The position numbers were made by a program, and so were the translations under genes. This document shows, piece after piece, positions 16,261-29,615 of a DNA stretch of 34,329 nt. The stretch is from positions 1 through 34,329 of the forward strand of contig JAIROU010000136.1 in NCBI GenBank assembly GCA_031257375.1. The letters are read 5' to 3'. This DNA is from Bifidobacteriaceae bacterium (GTDB lineage Bacteria; Actinomycetota; Actinomycetes; Actinomycetales; WQXJ01). A model generated the notes under the pieces. It was not told the origin of the DNA, made no database searches, and saw nothing but the letters and a program-made list of their open reading frames with translations. Numbering within the stretch: the stretch's first letter is position 1; every line of letters starts with the position of its first letter.

Positions 16261-17360
16261 CCGCGGGACCGCTGGACGGGGCGGTGAACCTGGAATGGTC
16301 GATAGACGGCATCACGGTGGGGTCCAGGCACCGCCAAGACCTCGGCGACCTGGAAGAGCTCATCGGGTCGATTGAACGGCTCGGGTTGTTGCAGCCGGTC
16401 ACGGTCACCCCTGACGGGGTGCTGATCTGCGGGGTCCGGCGGTTGGCCGCGTTGAAACGCCTCGGCTACAAGCGGGTGCCGGTGTGGGTGAGGTCTGGCC
16501 TTTCGGACCGGTTGTCGTCGTTGATGGCCGAGCGCGACGAGAACACCGCCCGCAAGGACTACACGAAAACCGAACTGGCCGCCCTGTACGCGGAACTCAA
16601 GAAGGAGATCGCCGCGGACGCGGCCCGCCGCCAGCGAGCCACCCGGTTCGGCTCCGACCCGCGCGACCCCAGTTCGGACGGTGCCGCACATTTTGCGGGA
16701 CCGTGGCGGGAAACCGCGGACTCGCGCCGCCAGGCCGCGCAAATGGTTGGCGGCCCTTCCCACGCCACGTTGGAGAAGATCCTCGCCATCCAACAAGCCG
16801 CCCAGGACGAGGGCCGCCCGGCGGGTTTGCGGGCCGAGGCACGCCAAGCCGCGGACAGGATTGGCGCGGGGGAGGCGGTGGACCCGTTGTTCAACCGGCT
16901 CCGCTCCCTGGTGCGCGTAGACGACCTGGAGCGGATCGCCGCCGACCTGGCCCAGGCCGGCGCCGCGCGGGAGGCGGCCAGCCGGGGTGCCGTGCTGCTG
17001 CGCCGACTGGGCGACGACCCGGCGATGACGCCCCAAGACTTGGACCGGGCCGCCCGCGCCGCCCTGGCCCGCGTCCGGCGAGCCCAGGGACGCGAACCCG
17101 AGCCGTCGCGGCAGCCCGAACCAGAGCCGAACCGACCGGAGCAGCCCGTGTTCAAGACGGTGAAGTCGTTCATTTGGACGTGGACCGAGATGGCCGACTG
17201 GCCCAACCAATACGACCCCGCCGAGATAGCCGGGGCGTTGACCAAGGACCAATACCAGCGGTTCGCCAAGACGATGGCCGATGCCAACCAGTTCACCGCC
17301 GAACTGGCCCGGCGCCGCGAACAACAGACAAGCGCCGCCTCGAAGCCGACGAAAGCGTGA
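16242..17360 (+). CDS. ParB N-terminal (ParB/Srx nuclease-like) domain protein
   Basis: SRHRQDLGDLEELIGSIERLGLLQPVTVTPDGVLICGVRRLAALKRLGYKRVPVWV is the classic ParBc box (GLLQP..V...LI.G.RR..A). The C-terminal two-thirds is unassigned. Confidence 0.75.
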   Translation: MGGAAVTAGPLDGAVNLEWSIDGITVGSRHRQDLGDLEELIGSIERLGLLQPVTVTPDGVLICGVRRLAALKRLGYKRVPVWVRSGLSDRLSSLMAERDENTARKDYTKTELAALYAELKKEIAADAARRQRATRFGSDPRDPSSDGAAHFAGPWRETADSRRQAAQMVGGPSHATLEKILAIQQAAQDEGRPAGLRAEARQAADRIGAGEAVDPLFNRLRSLVRVDDLERIAADLAQAGAAREAASRGAVLLRRLGDDPAMTPQDLDRAARAALARVRRAQGREPEPSRQPEPEPNRPEQPVFKTVKSFIWTWTEMADWPNQYDPAEIAGALTKDQYQRFAKTMADANQFTAELARRREQQTSAASKPTKA

Positions 17361-17649
17361 GCCGGCGAACCCAGACCGGCCGGGTCGCCGCCGGGCCACC
17401 CCGGGCGCCACGGGATAGACCAGCCAAGACCCGGCCGCGCCCAAGGAGGTGGCGGCGCACCTGGCCGACATGGCCGACACCCCAAACCCCGCCCCCGGCG
17501 CCGTCCGCGCCGGCGGGGCGGCGGGCCTGGGCACCCGCATGGCAGTCGAATCGCGCGCCCAGCAAGGGCTCGGCGCCGGCATAGCGGACCTGACTGCGGC
17601 GGACCGGCTGCGGGGCATGTGCAGCCTGCCCCGGCCCCGCCGCGCCGGG

Positions 17650-19203
17650 TCACGCTCTCCACACCAACTCGACCCGCTGGGCGAGTAGCCGCCGACGGTG
17701 GTCGCGGAGCCTGGCGGCGTAGGACTCGTCCGTGTCTGCCTTCCGCCTCGGGATTACCGCGGCCACCCCGCCGGGGTGGGCGTGGACCAGCACCGCTTCA
17801 AGGACCAGGCTGGCGGCGGCGTGCCGCCACGCGACGGTCCGCCCCTCCCACTCGTCCGCCACGCTCGCCATGTCCACGCCCTGCCCGACCAGCACCTCTG
17901 GCTGTCGCGCCGCCCAGTCTTTCTGCCGGGCCGCGATCCGCTGGCTGATCCGAGCCCGCTGGCGCGCCCACGTCGCCTTGTCGATCAGCCCGTCGTAATG
18001 GTCGTCGTCCAACTCCTCCAACGCCGCCCGATCCGCGTCGAGTCGCCTCCCCAACACATCGAGGGCGCCACCGGCTGTTTGGACGCGGCCCAGGCCCGGC
18101 TTCAACGCGATCTGGGCGAACACCGACAAAACGGCTTCTTCGGCCAACTCGGTCACCTCGCGGGCGTCGATGCTCCGAGCGCAGGCGCCCGGCGTCGGCG
18201 GAACACACGAATAGGCCGGTCCCTGTTTGCGCATCGCGGTCCCGCACCTGGAGCACCGGATCAGCCCGCTGAAGACATGCACCCGCTTGGTGGAACCCGG
18301 CCAGGTGGTCCGCGCCGCCTTGCGGGCGTCCAGCACATCTTGGACCCGCCGCCAAGTCTCGTCGTCCATCAACGGCTCCCACACCGCCGCAGTCTCGACC
18401 ACGGGTTCCGGGGCCGGTGCCCCGTCAGCTTGGACCGGCCGGTAAACCCGCACAGCCTTCGTCGCAGGATTCCGCAGCATGCACTTGAGCGCGTGCTCGG
18501 TCCACAAACAGCCCTTCGCTGACCGCAGCCCGCGCGCGTTCCAGTCGCAGCGGATCCGATAAAGCGAATCCCCCGCCAACACGCGGTCCACCGCCTCCAG
18601 CAGCAAGGCCGCCTGCTCGGGCACCACTTGCAAGGTGTCTTTGGCAGACCGGTACCCGAACGGCGGCGTCCCGCCAGGCCACTTGCCTTCCACCGCGCTC
18701 TGTCTCTTCGCGCGCGCGACACGGCGCGCGGTGTCAGCGCTGGACTTGTTCGCCATCGCGACCAGCACCCGCGCCATCGCCACGTCTGCGTCAGTGTCCA
18801 AACGCAAAGAGCCAGTCACTGAACGGACCCCGAACCCGTAGAGCACTTTCGCGTCTATCAGATCCTCCAAATCGCGCGGGTCGCGCACGGCCCGGTCGAG
18901 ATCGTAAGCGACCATCACATCCGCGCCCTTTTGGGCCAGGCGTCCCAACATCGCCCTGAACCCCGGCCGGACGACCCGGCGGACCCTCTCTCCACTCGCC
19001 AGCGTGATGACACGCTGCTTGAACGCCGACGTATCGTTCTCCCTGAACACTTCAACAACTTCCCAACCGTTGGCCTCAGCCAACGCCCGACAATCCTGTT
19101 CTTGCCGGTCAACGCCCCGTTCGAGGCCAGCCGGATCGTCACTGATCCTCACATACAACACAACCCGACGATCCGATCCGACGCCCTCCACACTCCCGCC
19201 CAT
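17650..19203 (-). CDS. large serine recombinase (resolvase catalytic domain + recombinase domain + zinc ribbon + coiled coil)
   Basis: VVLYVRISDD (catalytic Ser), VDRQEQDCRALA, RPGFRAMLGRL, VMVAYDLDRAVRDPRDLEDLID, PPFGYR, and a Cys cluster CSRCGTAMRK...YSCVPPTPGAC. The start is chosen at the second ATG (19203), which follows GGAGGGGA; the track ORF begins at 19218. Confidence 0.85.
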   Translation of the reverse strand: MGGSVEGVGSDRRVVLYVRISDDPAGLERGVDRQEQDCRALAEANGWEVVEVFRENDTSAFKQRVITLASGERVRRVVRPGFRAMLGRLAQKGADVMVAYDLDRAVRDPRDLEDLIDAKVLYGFGVRSVTGSLRLDTDADVAMARVLVAMANKSSADTARRVARAKRQSAVEGKWPGGTPPFGYRSAKDTLQVVPEQAALLLEAVDRVLAGDSLYRIRCDWNARGLRSAKGCLWTEHALKCMLRNPATKAVRVYRPVQADGAPAPEPVVETAAVWEPLMDDETWRRVQDVLDARKAARTTWPGSTKRVHVFSGLIRCSRCGTAMRKQGPAYSCVPPTPGACARSIDAREVTELAEEAVLSVFAQIALKPGLGRVQTAGGALDVLGRRLDADRAALEELDDDHYDGLIDKATWARQRARISQRIAARQKDWAARQPEVLVGQGVDMASVADEWEGRTVAWRHAAASLVLEAVLVHAHPGGVAAVIPRRKADTDESYAARLRDHRRRLLAQRVELVWRA

Positions 19204-19364
19204 ACGTGTCCCCTCCATCTCTATCCGAGACGCAGGTACGTTTACGCTCCCCAGCCATGCCGCCCTTCGCCAAGTTAGAAATCCAAAGTGGAGGGTAAAT
19301 GGAGGGTCGGAACCGATGTAAGGCCTTACCCGGCCAGAAAAACATGCTCTGACCTGCTAAAACG

Positions 19365-19437
19365 TGGAGCCGACCGGACTCGAACCGGCGACCCTCTGCT
19401 TGCAAAGCAGATGCGCTACCAACTGCGCCACGGCCCC
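19365..19437 (-). tRNA. tRNA-Ala (anticodon UGC)
   Basis: The reverse complement is GGGGCCGTGGCGCAGTTGGTAGCGCATCTGCTTTGCAAGCAGAGGGTCGCCGGTTCGAGTCCGGTCGGCTCCA. It forms a cloverleaf with the G3:U70 identity pair, a TGC anticodon and a GGTTCGAGTCC T-arm. CCA is not encoded. Confidence 0.95.
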
Positions 19438-19520
19438 TTTGGGGCGGCGCGGCACCGTCCCCGGCCGCGCGCCACCCACCGCCGACGGGACGAGGCCCGC
19501 CGGTGATCCAAGCCAGCCGG

Positions 19521-19640
19521 TCAGTCGACCGGATCGGTGACTTCGGCCCAGAGGTCCAATTCGGCCCGGTCCTGGGCGACTTTGCGGTAAATCAGCAAGG
19601 CCGCGCCGACCAGCCCCAGGACGATCAGAAGCTTTTTCAT
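19521..19640 (-). CDS. DLW-39 family small membrane protein (39 aa)
   Basis: It falls below the ORF-track size cutoff. The ATG at 19640 follows GGGAGGGG. The translation is MKKLLIVLGLVGAALLIYRKVAQDRAELDLWAEVTDPVD, with one TM helix and the DLW motif. Its position between tRNA-Ile and tRNA-Ala fits this actinobacterial family. Confidence 0.75.
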   Translation of the reverse strand: MKKLLIVLGLVGAALLIYRKVAQDRAELDLWAEVTDPVD

Positions 19641-19710
19641 ATTGGTTCCCCTCCCAGTTGTCTTGGCTTGGGCCGCGGGCGGGCCACCCGCGGCTCGGTG
19701 CCCGAAAGAC

Positions 19711-19787
19711 TGGTGGGCCTAGGAGGACTTGAACCTCCGATCTCTTCGTTATCAGCGAAGCGCTCTAACCGCCTGAGCTATAGGCCC
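19711..19787 (-). tRNA. tRNA-Ile (anticodon GAU), CCA encoded
   Basis: The reverse complement is GGGCCTATAGCTCAGGCGGTTAGAGCGCTTCGCTGATAACGAAGAGATCGGAGGTTCAAGTCCTCCTAGGCCCACCA. The acceptor stem is GGGCCTA/TAGGCCC and the anticodon loop is CTGATAA. Confidence 0.95.
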
Positions 19788-19925
19788 GAATCGGCGCCGG
19801 CCTGGTGACCGACGTCCCGCGAGAGTACATCAACCGGGGTCTGCAGGGCAAACAGACCACCGCCGCCCACCAGCCTAAGGCCCGCGGGCACCCCATGGCC
19901 AGCCCGCGACCCGCGGGCGCCGGGT

Positions 19926-20894
19926 TCAGTGTTCCTTCAAAGTCACCCGCACCCCGCCGACCAGGGCCGCGATGATGTTGTAGATCACCGCCAGGAGGGT
20001 CGAGATGACGGTGAACACGATCACGTCGATGATGGCGATGATGGCCGCGCCGGACATGACCCGGCTGGGCTCGACGTATTTCAAGATTTCCAGGGACTCG
20101 GGCCGGTTCTGGCCCACCAGATCGGTGATCATCTGGTTGATCTGGGTGAAGATCTGCCGGTCGTTGAGCACCGTCCAGAAGATGTAGACGGCAACGACGA
20201 AGGCGATGCCCATGGCCACCGACACCAGGAAGGCGATCTTCATGACCGACAGCGGCGCGATGTAGGACAGGTTCAGCTTGACCCGTTTGCGCCCCTTTGC
20301 GCTGGTGGCTGCGACGACCTGCCCGGTCGCCTCGATCCCGGCGGCGGCCGCCACAACCTGGGTCAAAGCGGCCTGGTCGACCGGGCCGGCGCTGGGCGCG
20401 GGCCTCGCGGCGGCTGGGACGGGGCCGCTCGGCGGGGCCTGCAGGGGGGACGCGGCCGGGCCGCCGGCCGGCCGGGGCCCCCGCGGCGCCCCGGCGGGGA
20501 CCGGGCCGGTCGGGGGCCGGACGCTGGTCCGGGCGGTCGCCGCCGGCGGGCCGGGCGCGTGCGGCGGCTTCTTTGCCCCCGCCTCCTGGACCACCATCGA
20601 CCGGGTTGTCCGGTAGGACCGTTTCGAACCGGTGACGGACGGGCCGGACTTGGGATGGCTCGGGCCCGACTCGCCTTCGCTGTGCCCGACCCGCTTGACC
20701 GGCGTGGCCGGCGCGACGGTCGGGCTCGGGCGCGACTTCGGCCTGATCGTCGGCGGCGGTTCGACGGCGTGTCCGGACCGGGCGGCGCCTTTGGCCCCGG
20801 CCGGCTTGCGCTCGACCCCCCCGCCCGCCTGTGGCGGCTGACCGGCAGCGCCGGCCGGCGTCGGCTCGGGCGCCGAGCCTGATTCACTGCTCAT
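19926..20894 (-). CDS. DUF3566-type transmembrane protein (Rv0007-like) with a long Pro/Ala/Gly-rich N-terminus
   Basis: The conserved C-terminal block is KLNLSYIAPLSVMKIAFLVSVAMGIAFVVAVYIFWTVLN...GAAIIAIIDVIVFTVISTLLAVIYNIIAALVGGVRVTLKE. Its position directly after gyrA is as in other actinobacteria. Confidence 0.8.
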   Translation of the reverse strand: MSSESGSAPEPTPAGAAGQPPQAGGGVERKPAGAKGAARSGHAVEPPPTIRPKSRPSPTVAPATPVKRVGHSEGESGPSHPKSGPSVTGSKRSYRTTRSMVVQEAGAKKPPHAPGPPAATARTSVRPPTGPVPAGAPRGPRPAGGPAASPLQAPPSGPVPAAARPAPSAGPVDQAALTQVVAAAAGIEATGQVVAATSAKGRKRVKLNLSYIAPLSVMKIAFLVSVAMGIAFVVAVYIFWTVLNDRQIFTQINQMITDLVGQNRPESLEILKYVEPSRVMSGAAIIAIIDVIVFTVISTLLAVIYNIIAALVGGVRVTLKEH

Positions 20895-21103
20895 TCATCG
20901 TCACTCTCTTGTGCGTGGGCTCAACCGCACACAACGGTACCTGACAAACCGCCCGCGCTCGCCCTGCCGGAGGATTAGTCTGGCCTGCGACCGCCCGCCA
21001 GGCCAGACGGTCGCGCCGGGCCGCCGCTGCGGCGCCTGGCTCGCGTTCGCCACCGGCCGGCCAAGGCGCACGATGCCGTCCGCCAGCCAAGACCCCGAAC
21101 CCA

Positions 21104-21139
21104 GGGACACTCTCCATGTCATGACAAAGGGAGTGTCCC
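21104..21139 (-). terminator. hairpin about 70 nt downstream of gyrA (possible intrinsic terminator, no U-tail)
   Basis: GGGACACTC (21104-21112) pairs with GAGTGTCCC (21131-21139) around an 18-nt loop. Confidence 0.3.
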
Positions 21140-21209
21140 CAAGTTTGAGACGAAAGGACCGTCCCCGGGTTTAGGGGCGCCGGCCGCGCCGCTGGGACCG
21201 GCGCCGGCG

Positions 21210-24020
<2,811 letters not shown>

Positions 24021-24040
24021 AGCTGTCCTCGGTGTCCTCT

Positions 24041-26098
<2,058 letters not shown>

Positions 26099-26217
26099 CT
26101 ACCTTCCGGGCGCTCTCACCCGTTGCGTGTACAGGGGTAGCCGCGAGACAGTCTACCGCCCCAGCGCCCGATTCCGGCGCTTTTGGGTTCCGCCTGTGGA
26201 AAACCCGCGCCGCCCGA

Positions 26218-27186
26218 TCAGATTCCCAAAGCCGTCACGGTGATCGCCACAAGCCGCTCCCACGAAGGCCCGTCCATCTCGACCACCTGCTCAAAATCGA
26301 GCCACTCCTGCGTCGTGGGCGACTCTTGTCTGAGCCGACTCATGTCCGCCCGCTCGAGCGAGATTATCGTCCAGCAGTTCTGCGCTCCCTGAGCCCGCGC
26401 CTTGCGGTGGGATTTCTCGGCCTCTCCGGCCCGGTTGTGGAGGTTGGCGTAGTCTGTGCCGCCTTTGATCTCGATGGCCGCCGTGTAGACGGACTGGCCG
26501 TTGATCGTCTCACGAATGACCATGTCAGGATCTGGAGCCAAGGCTACGGTCACATTGCGGTCGGGCGACTTTTCCACCGTCACCGATGACTGGGTCCATC
26601 TCGGCTCGCTGTCGGTGTGGTCCGCGATAATGCTGATCATCGCCTGGAAGACGGCTGCCGTGGCGTCACGCCCGATCTGTCCCCGCCACGCCCCATCCGC
26701 CTGCGCGCCGAGCGTCAACAGCGGCAGTTGCTCGATGTCGACCCGCAAACCTCCACTCGGAAGGGCGACCAGGAAATCGGTCATGGCCTCGTTTAGCTCC
26801 TGACAGAGATCTTCGATCAGTTCGCCGGCCGCAGCGGTCACGACTTGCCGGTCCTCCATCGCCTTGAACCTGCTCAAGCCGGTCTTCGTCGTGTAGAACT
26901 GTTTCTGGGACATTCCCAGAAGAAGCCGGTAATGGCCAAGAACGCCCGGCGCCGACTTCAGAAGCGTGGGAGTCGCGAAGACTTCTTCCGCCCTAATGCA
27001 CTCACCCTGAAGGAGTTGAAGACCCTTCGGCGGGACGGTGCGTCTGAGCTCCTGCTCCAGCACGGACGGTTCGATGGCAGCTGCCGCGTCCCGTAGAGCC
27101 GCCAGTAGACTGCGCTGACGGTAGTCTGACAAGAAGGCCTGGACAAACACCTGTCGGCCTGGCGCTGGGAAGCTAAATCGTTGCAT
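26218..27186 (-). CDS. type II restriction endonuclease candidate (PD-ExK fold); possibly XcyI/Cfr9I-like
   Basis: It overlaps the methyltransferase stop by 14 bp on the same strand. A PD...ExK arrangement is visible: LAPDPDMVIRETINGQSVYTAAIEIKGGTD, followed by NLHNRAGEAEKSHRKA. Composition is lower-GC by eye. The specific family assignment comes from memory only. Confidence 0.55.
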   Translation of the reverse strand: MQRFSFPAPGRQVFVQAFLSDYRQRSLLAALRDAAAAIEPSVLEQELRRTVPPKGLQLLQGECIRAEEVFATPTLLKSAPGVLGHYRLLLGMSQKQFYTTKTGLSRFKAMEDRQVVTAAAGELIEDLCQELNEAMTDFLVALPSGGLRVDIEQLPLLTLGAQADGAWRGQIGRDATAAVFQAMISIIADHTDSEPRWTQSSVTVEKSPDRNVTVALAPDPDMVIRETINGQSVYTAAIEIKGGTDYANLHNRAGEAEKSHRKARAQGAQNCWTIISLERADMSRLRQESPTTQEWLDFEQVVEMDGPSWERLVAITVTALGI

Positions 27187-28150
27187 GGCGCCGGGTCTCG
27201 GGTGTCGCGGGAACGTGGGCAGAACTCGCTTCAGCCTCCTTAAAGCCAGCCTCGCGCAGACGGTGGCGGCTCATCTCGAGGTAATCGGGGTGAAGCTCGA
27301 TCCCCAGGAATCGGCGGCCCAGCCGGCCCGCGACCAGGGCGGTTGTGCCTGATCCCAGGAATGGGTCGAGAACTAAGTCGCCGGGCTCCGATGTGATCCT
27401 CAAGCACCTGTCGACCAGATCGTCGGGGAAAGTGGCGAAATGACCCGAGGCCTCGCGCCGGGGCCGCGTGCTGATGTCCCAGACTGTGCGCAGCCGTCTG
27501 CCGTTTGGACCCTTGACGGCATGCACGTCATATTTGTACTTCTCAGCTTTGGAGAACAGAAAAAGCTGTTCATGGTCTCGGGTGGGCCGATCTTTGACGC
27601 TCTCCGGTTGGGCGTTGGGCTTGCGCCAAATGACCTCGGACCGCAGGTACCAGCCCCTGTCTTGGAGCGCGAAGGCCAGCCGCCAGGGGACGCCGATCAG
27701 GTCTTTGTCTTTCAGGCCTTCCGGCGTCGGTGGCCTCAGACTCATAGCCCGGGCAGGGTTCTTCCGGTCCGGCGCCCGCCAGCCCCGGTTCCCCGACGTG
27801 TACGAGTCGCCGATATTCAACCAGAGCGTGCCGTCCCGGATGAGCACGCGAAACACCTGGTCAAACACATCGGCCAAGTGGTCGACGAACGAATAGACGC
27901 TTTCCTCCAGACCGATTTGCCCGCCGATGCCGTAGTCCCGCAAACTCCAATACGGCGGCGACGTGACCACTGTCTGAATCGAGTTCGCAGGCAAGGCCGA
28001 CAGGACTGCCAATGCGTCTCCCCCGATCAGGGCCGACCTGCCGAGGTCGACCGGGGCGCCCGCGCCAAGGCGATGCGCCTGGACCTCGAACTCCGGCGGC
28101 CGCAGCCAGGTTGGCCTGGCAGGCCAGCCCCCAGTCGTCGCCTCATCCAC
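27173..28150 (-). CDS. beta-class DNA methyltransferase (N6_N4_Mtase type), probably N4-cytosine
   Basis: Motif IV TSPPYW precedes motif I LDPFLGSGTTALVA, which is the beta-class order. SPPY/SPPF is characteristic of N4-cytosine enzymes, whereas DPPY marks N6-adenine enzymes. GTG start at 28150. Confidence 0.8.
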   Translation of the reverse strand: MDEATTGGWPARPTWLRPPEFEVQAHRLGAGAPVDLGRSALIGGDALAVLSALPANSIQTVVTSPPYWSLRDYGIGGQIGLEESVYSFVDHLADVFDQVFRVLIRDGTLWLNIGDSYTSGNRGWRAPDRKNPARAMSLRPPTPEGLKDKDLIGVPWRLAFALQDRGWYLRSEVIWRKPNAQPESVKDRPTRDHEQLFLFSKAEKYKYDVHAVKGPNGRRLRTVWDISTRPRREASGHFATFPDDLVDRCLRITSEPGDLVLDPFLGSGTTALVAGRLGRRFLGIELHPDYLEMSRHRLREAGFKEAEASSAHVPATPETRRHATI

Positions 28151-28471
28151 CCTCAGAGCCTACTTCGGCCGGCCACCGACTTCGGCCGCGACCCGCCCGC
28201 AGCCCTGCGGCAGAGTTTGGTGCCATGGCGGGCGGGACGCGCCGCGCGCGGGCAGGCCGGGCGCGGCCTGCCTGACACCAGAGATTCTCGACCTGTCCGC
28301 CGACGAACTGTCCGACCTCGCCCCGCCCCCGAAATCCCCGCGCGATTCTGACCTCTGGCCGCCAAAGGACCCCGACCAAGTCTTTGTCCCTCAGGCTATC
28401 GGGCGTCTGCTACCTCAGACTCCTCGCCCGGGACGTGAACCGCCCTGGACCGGATATGCGGCTGCTACAGT

Positions 28472-28723
28472 ATGCTCGTGAAGACTGAGCGGCTGCAGGT
28501 CCTAATCGAGTCCGACCAGCGCGAACGCCTCGAGCGGGTGGCGGCCGCGCGCGGAGTTTCTCTAGGCGCGCTGGTCAGGGACGCCATCGAGATTGTTTAT
28601 CCGGCCGGTTCCGACGTCCGGGCGCGAAGGGCGGCGGCCATCCTTGCCGCCGCCCCGATGGAGGTTCCTGATCCGACCCCGCTCCGAGCAGAGCTCGACG
28701 CGCTGAGAGGGCGGCGCGGATGA
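28472..28723 (+). CDS. vapB: ribbon-helix-helix (CopG/VapB-type) antitoxin
   Basis: The 83-aa product is MLVKTERLQVLIESDQRERLERVAAARGVSLGALVRDAIE, a beta-strand/helix/helix RHH pattern. It overlaps the PIN gene by 4 bp (ATGA). Confidence 0.7.
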   Translation: MLVKTERLQVLIESDQRERLERVAAARGVSLGALVRDAIEIVYPAGSDVRARRAAAILAAAPMEVPDPTPLRAELDALRGRRG

Positions 28724-29142
28724 TCCTGGTGGACACCACCATCCTGGTCTACGCGGTCGGCGCGGACCACCCGTTGCGCGAACCGTGCCGGGCGCTGGTG
28801 GCGGCCATCGGCGAAGGTCGCCAGGCGGCCACCACGACGGTCGAAGTCCTCCAGGAGTTCACCCATGTGCGGTCCCGCCGCCGCAGCCGCCAGGACGCCG
28901 CCGACCTGGCGGAGCATTATGCGGCGCTGTTGTCGCCGCTGGTCGAGGTCGGGGCGGCGGACCTGGCCGCCGGCCTGCAAATCTACCGGTCAGCGCCGGA
29001 CTTGGGGTGTTTCGACGCCGTCCTGGCGGCCGTGGCGCTGCGCCGGGATCACATCACCGCGCTGGTCTCCGCCGACCAGGCCTTCGCGGCCGTGCCCGGC
29101 CTGCGCCACATCGACCCGGCCGATCCCGGCGAGACGTTCTAG
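28720..29142 (+). CDS. vapC: PIN-domain toxin (VapC-type ribonuclease)
   Basis: The acidic PIN residues are in the expected places: MILVDTTIL (D5), TVEVLQEF (E), CFDAVLAAVA (D) and LVSADQAF (D). The product is 140 aa. Confidence 0.8.
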   Translation: MILVDTTILVYAVGADHPLREPCRALVAAIGEGRQAATTTVEVLQEFTHVRSRRRSRQDAADLAEHYAALLSPLVEVGAADLAAGLQIYRSAPDLGCFDAVLAAVALRRDHITALVSADQAFAAVPGLRHIDPADPGETF

Positions 29143-29615
29143 CGGCGGCGGGCGCGGCGGGCTTCTGGGCCCAAGACTTCGACGGTGGTCACTAGCCCGG
29201 GCGCGACGTGGCGGTCGATGGCGGCGCGCAGTTGCGGGGACAGCAGGCGGATCTCGGCCGCCCAGGGCGACGAATCAGCTTTGACGGTCAGCTTGCCGTC
29301 CTCCAGGCCGACGACTTGGCAGTGGGCGGCCACCTGGTGGCCGACTATCCGGGGCCAGTCGGCCAGCAGCGCGCCGGTCTTGGACTCGGCCTGCCAGCCT
29401 TCTACCTCGATCAACTCGTCCACCAGTTCGCCGACCAGCCTGGGGTCGCGGCTGGCGGACCACTTGGGCGCGGGGCCGCCTCGCCTGAGCCGGGTCGACC
29501 CGCGCATGATCCTGGCCAGGACGGCCTTCTCGGCGGGCAGGCGCCCGCCGCCTGCCCCGCCCGCGCCGCCGCCCGCCGCCGACCCGGCCGCCGGGCCGGC
29601 CGCCTGGTCACTCAC
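29139..29615 (-). CDS. dciA: DUF721/DciA-family protein (predicted replicative-helicase operator)
   Basis: LVGELVDELIEVEGWQAESKTGALLADWPRIVGHQVAAHCQVVGLEDGKLTVKADSSPWAAEIRLLSPQL. It occupies the conserved slot after recF, as Rv0004 does in mycobacteria. The GTG start overlaps the recF stop by 8 bp. Confidence 0.75.
   Translation of the reverse strand: MSDQAAGPAAGSAAGGGAGGAGGGRLPAEKAVLARIMRGSTRLRRGGPAPKWSASRDPRLVGELVDELIEVEGWQAESKTGALLADWPRIVGHQVAAHCQVVGLEDGKLTVKADSSPWAAEIRLLSPQLRAAIDRHVAPGLVTTVEVLGPEARRARRR

Larger units (their letters stand above)
1..19364. mobile_element. integrated mobilisable element or genomic island (partial; the left end is outside the window, the right junction lies within 19219-19364 next to tRNA-Ala)
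   Basis: It holds a serine recombinase at the tRNA-proximal edge, a MobF relaxase, a ParB-like gene, two IS elements, gene remnants, regulatory/redox cargo and methyltransferase/kinase genes. None of these belong to the conserved actinobacterial gene order that follows gyrA-tRNA-Ile-tRNA-Ala. Confidence 0.6.

Noticed and set aside
15936-17662. 560-aa and 367-aa minus-strand ORFs, and the 366-aa plus-strand ORF 16484..17584, overlapping the ParB-like gene
   Set aside because: They are shadow ORFs with Arg/Pro/Gly/Ala-rich sequence. Only the 16242..17360 frame carries the ParB box.
28151-28471. Possible controller (C) protein or small ORF between the methyltransferase and vapB
   Set aside because: The ORFs here (28143..28379 -, 28153..28365 -, 28012..28275 +) are Arg/Gly-rich with no helix-turn-helix pattern. 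The region is treated as a divergent promoter region.
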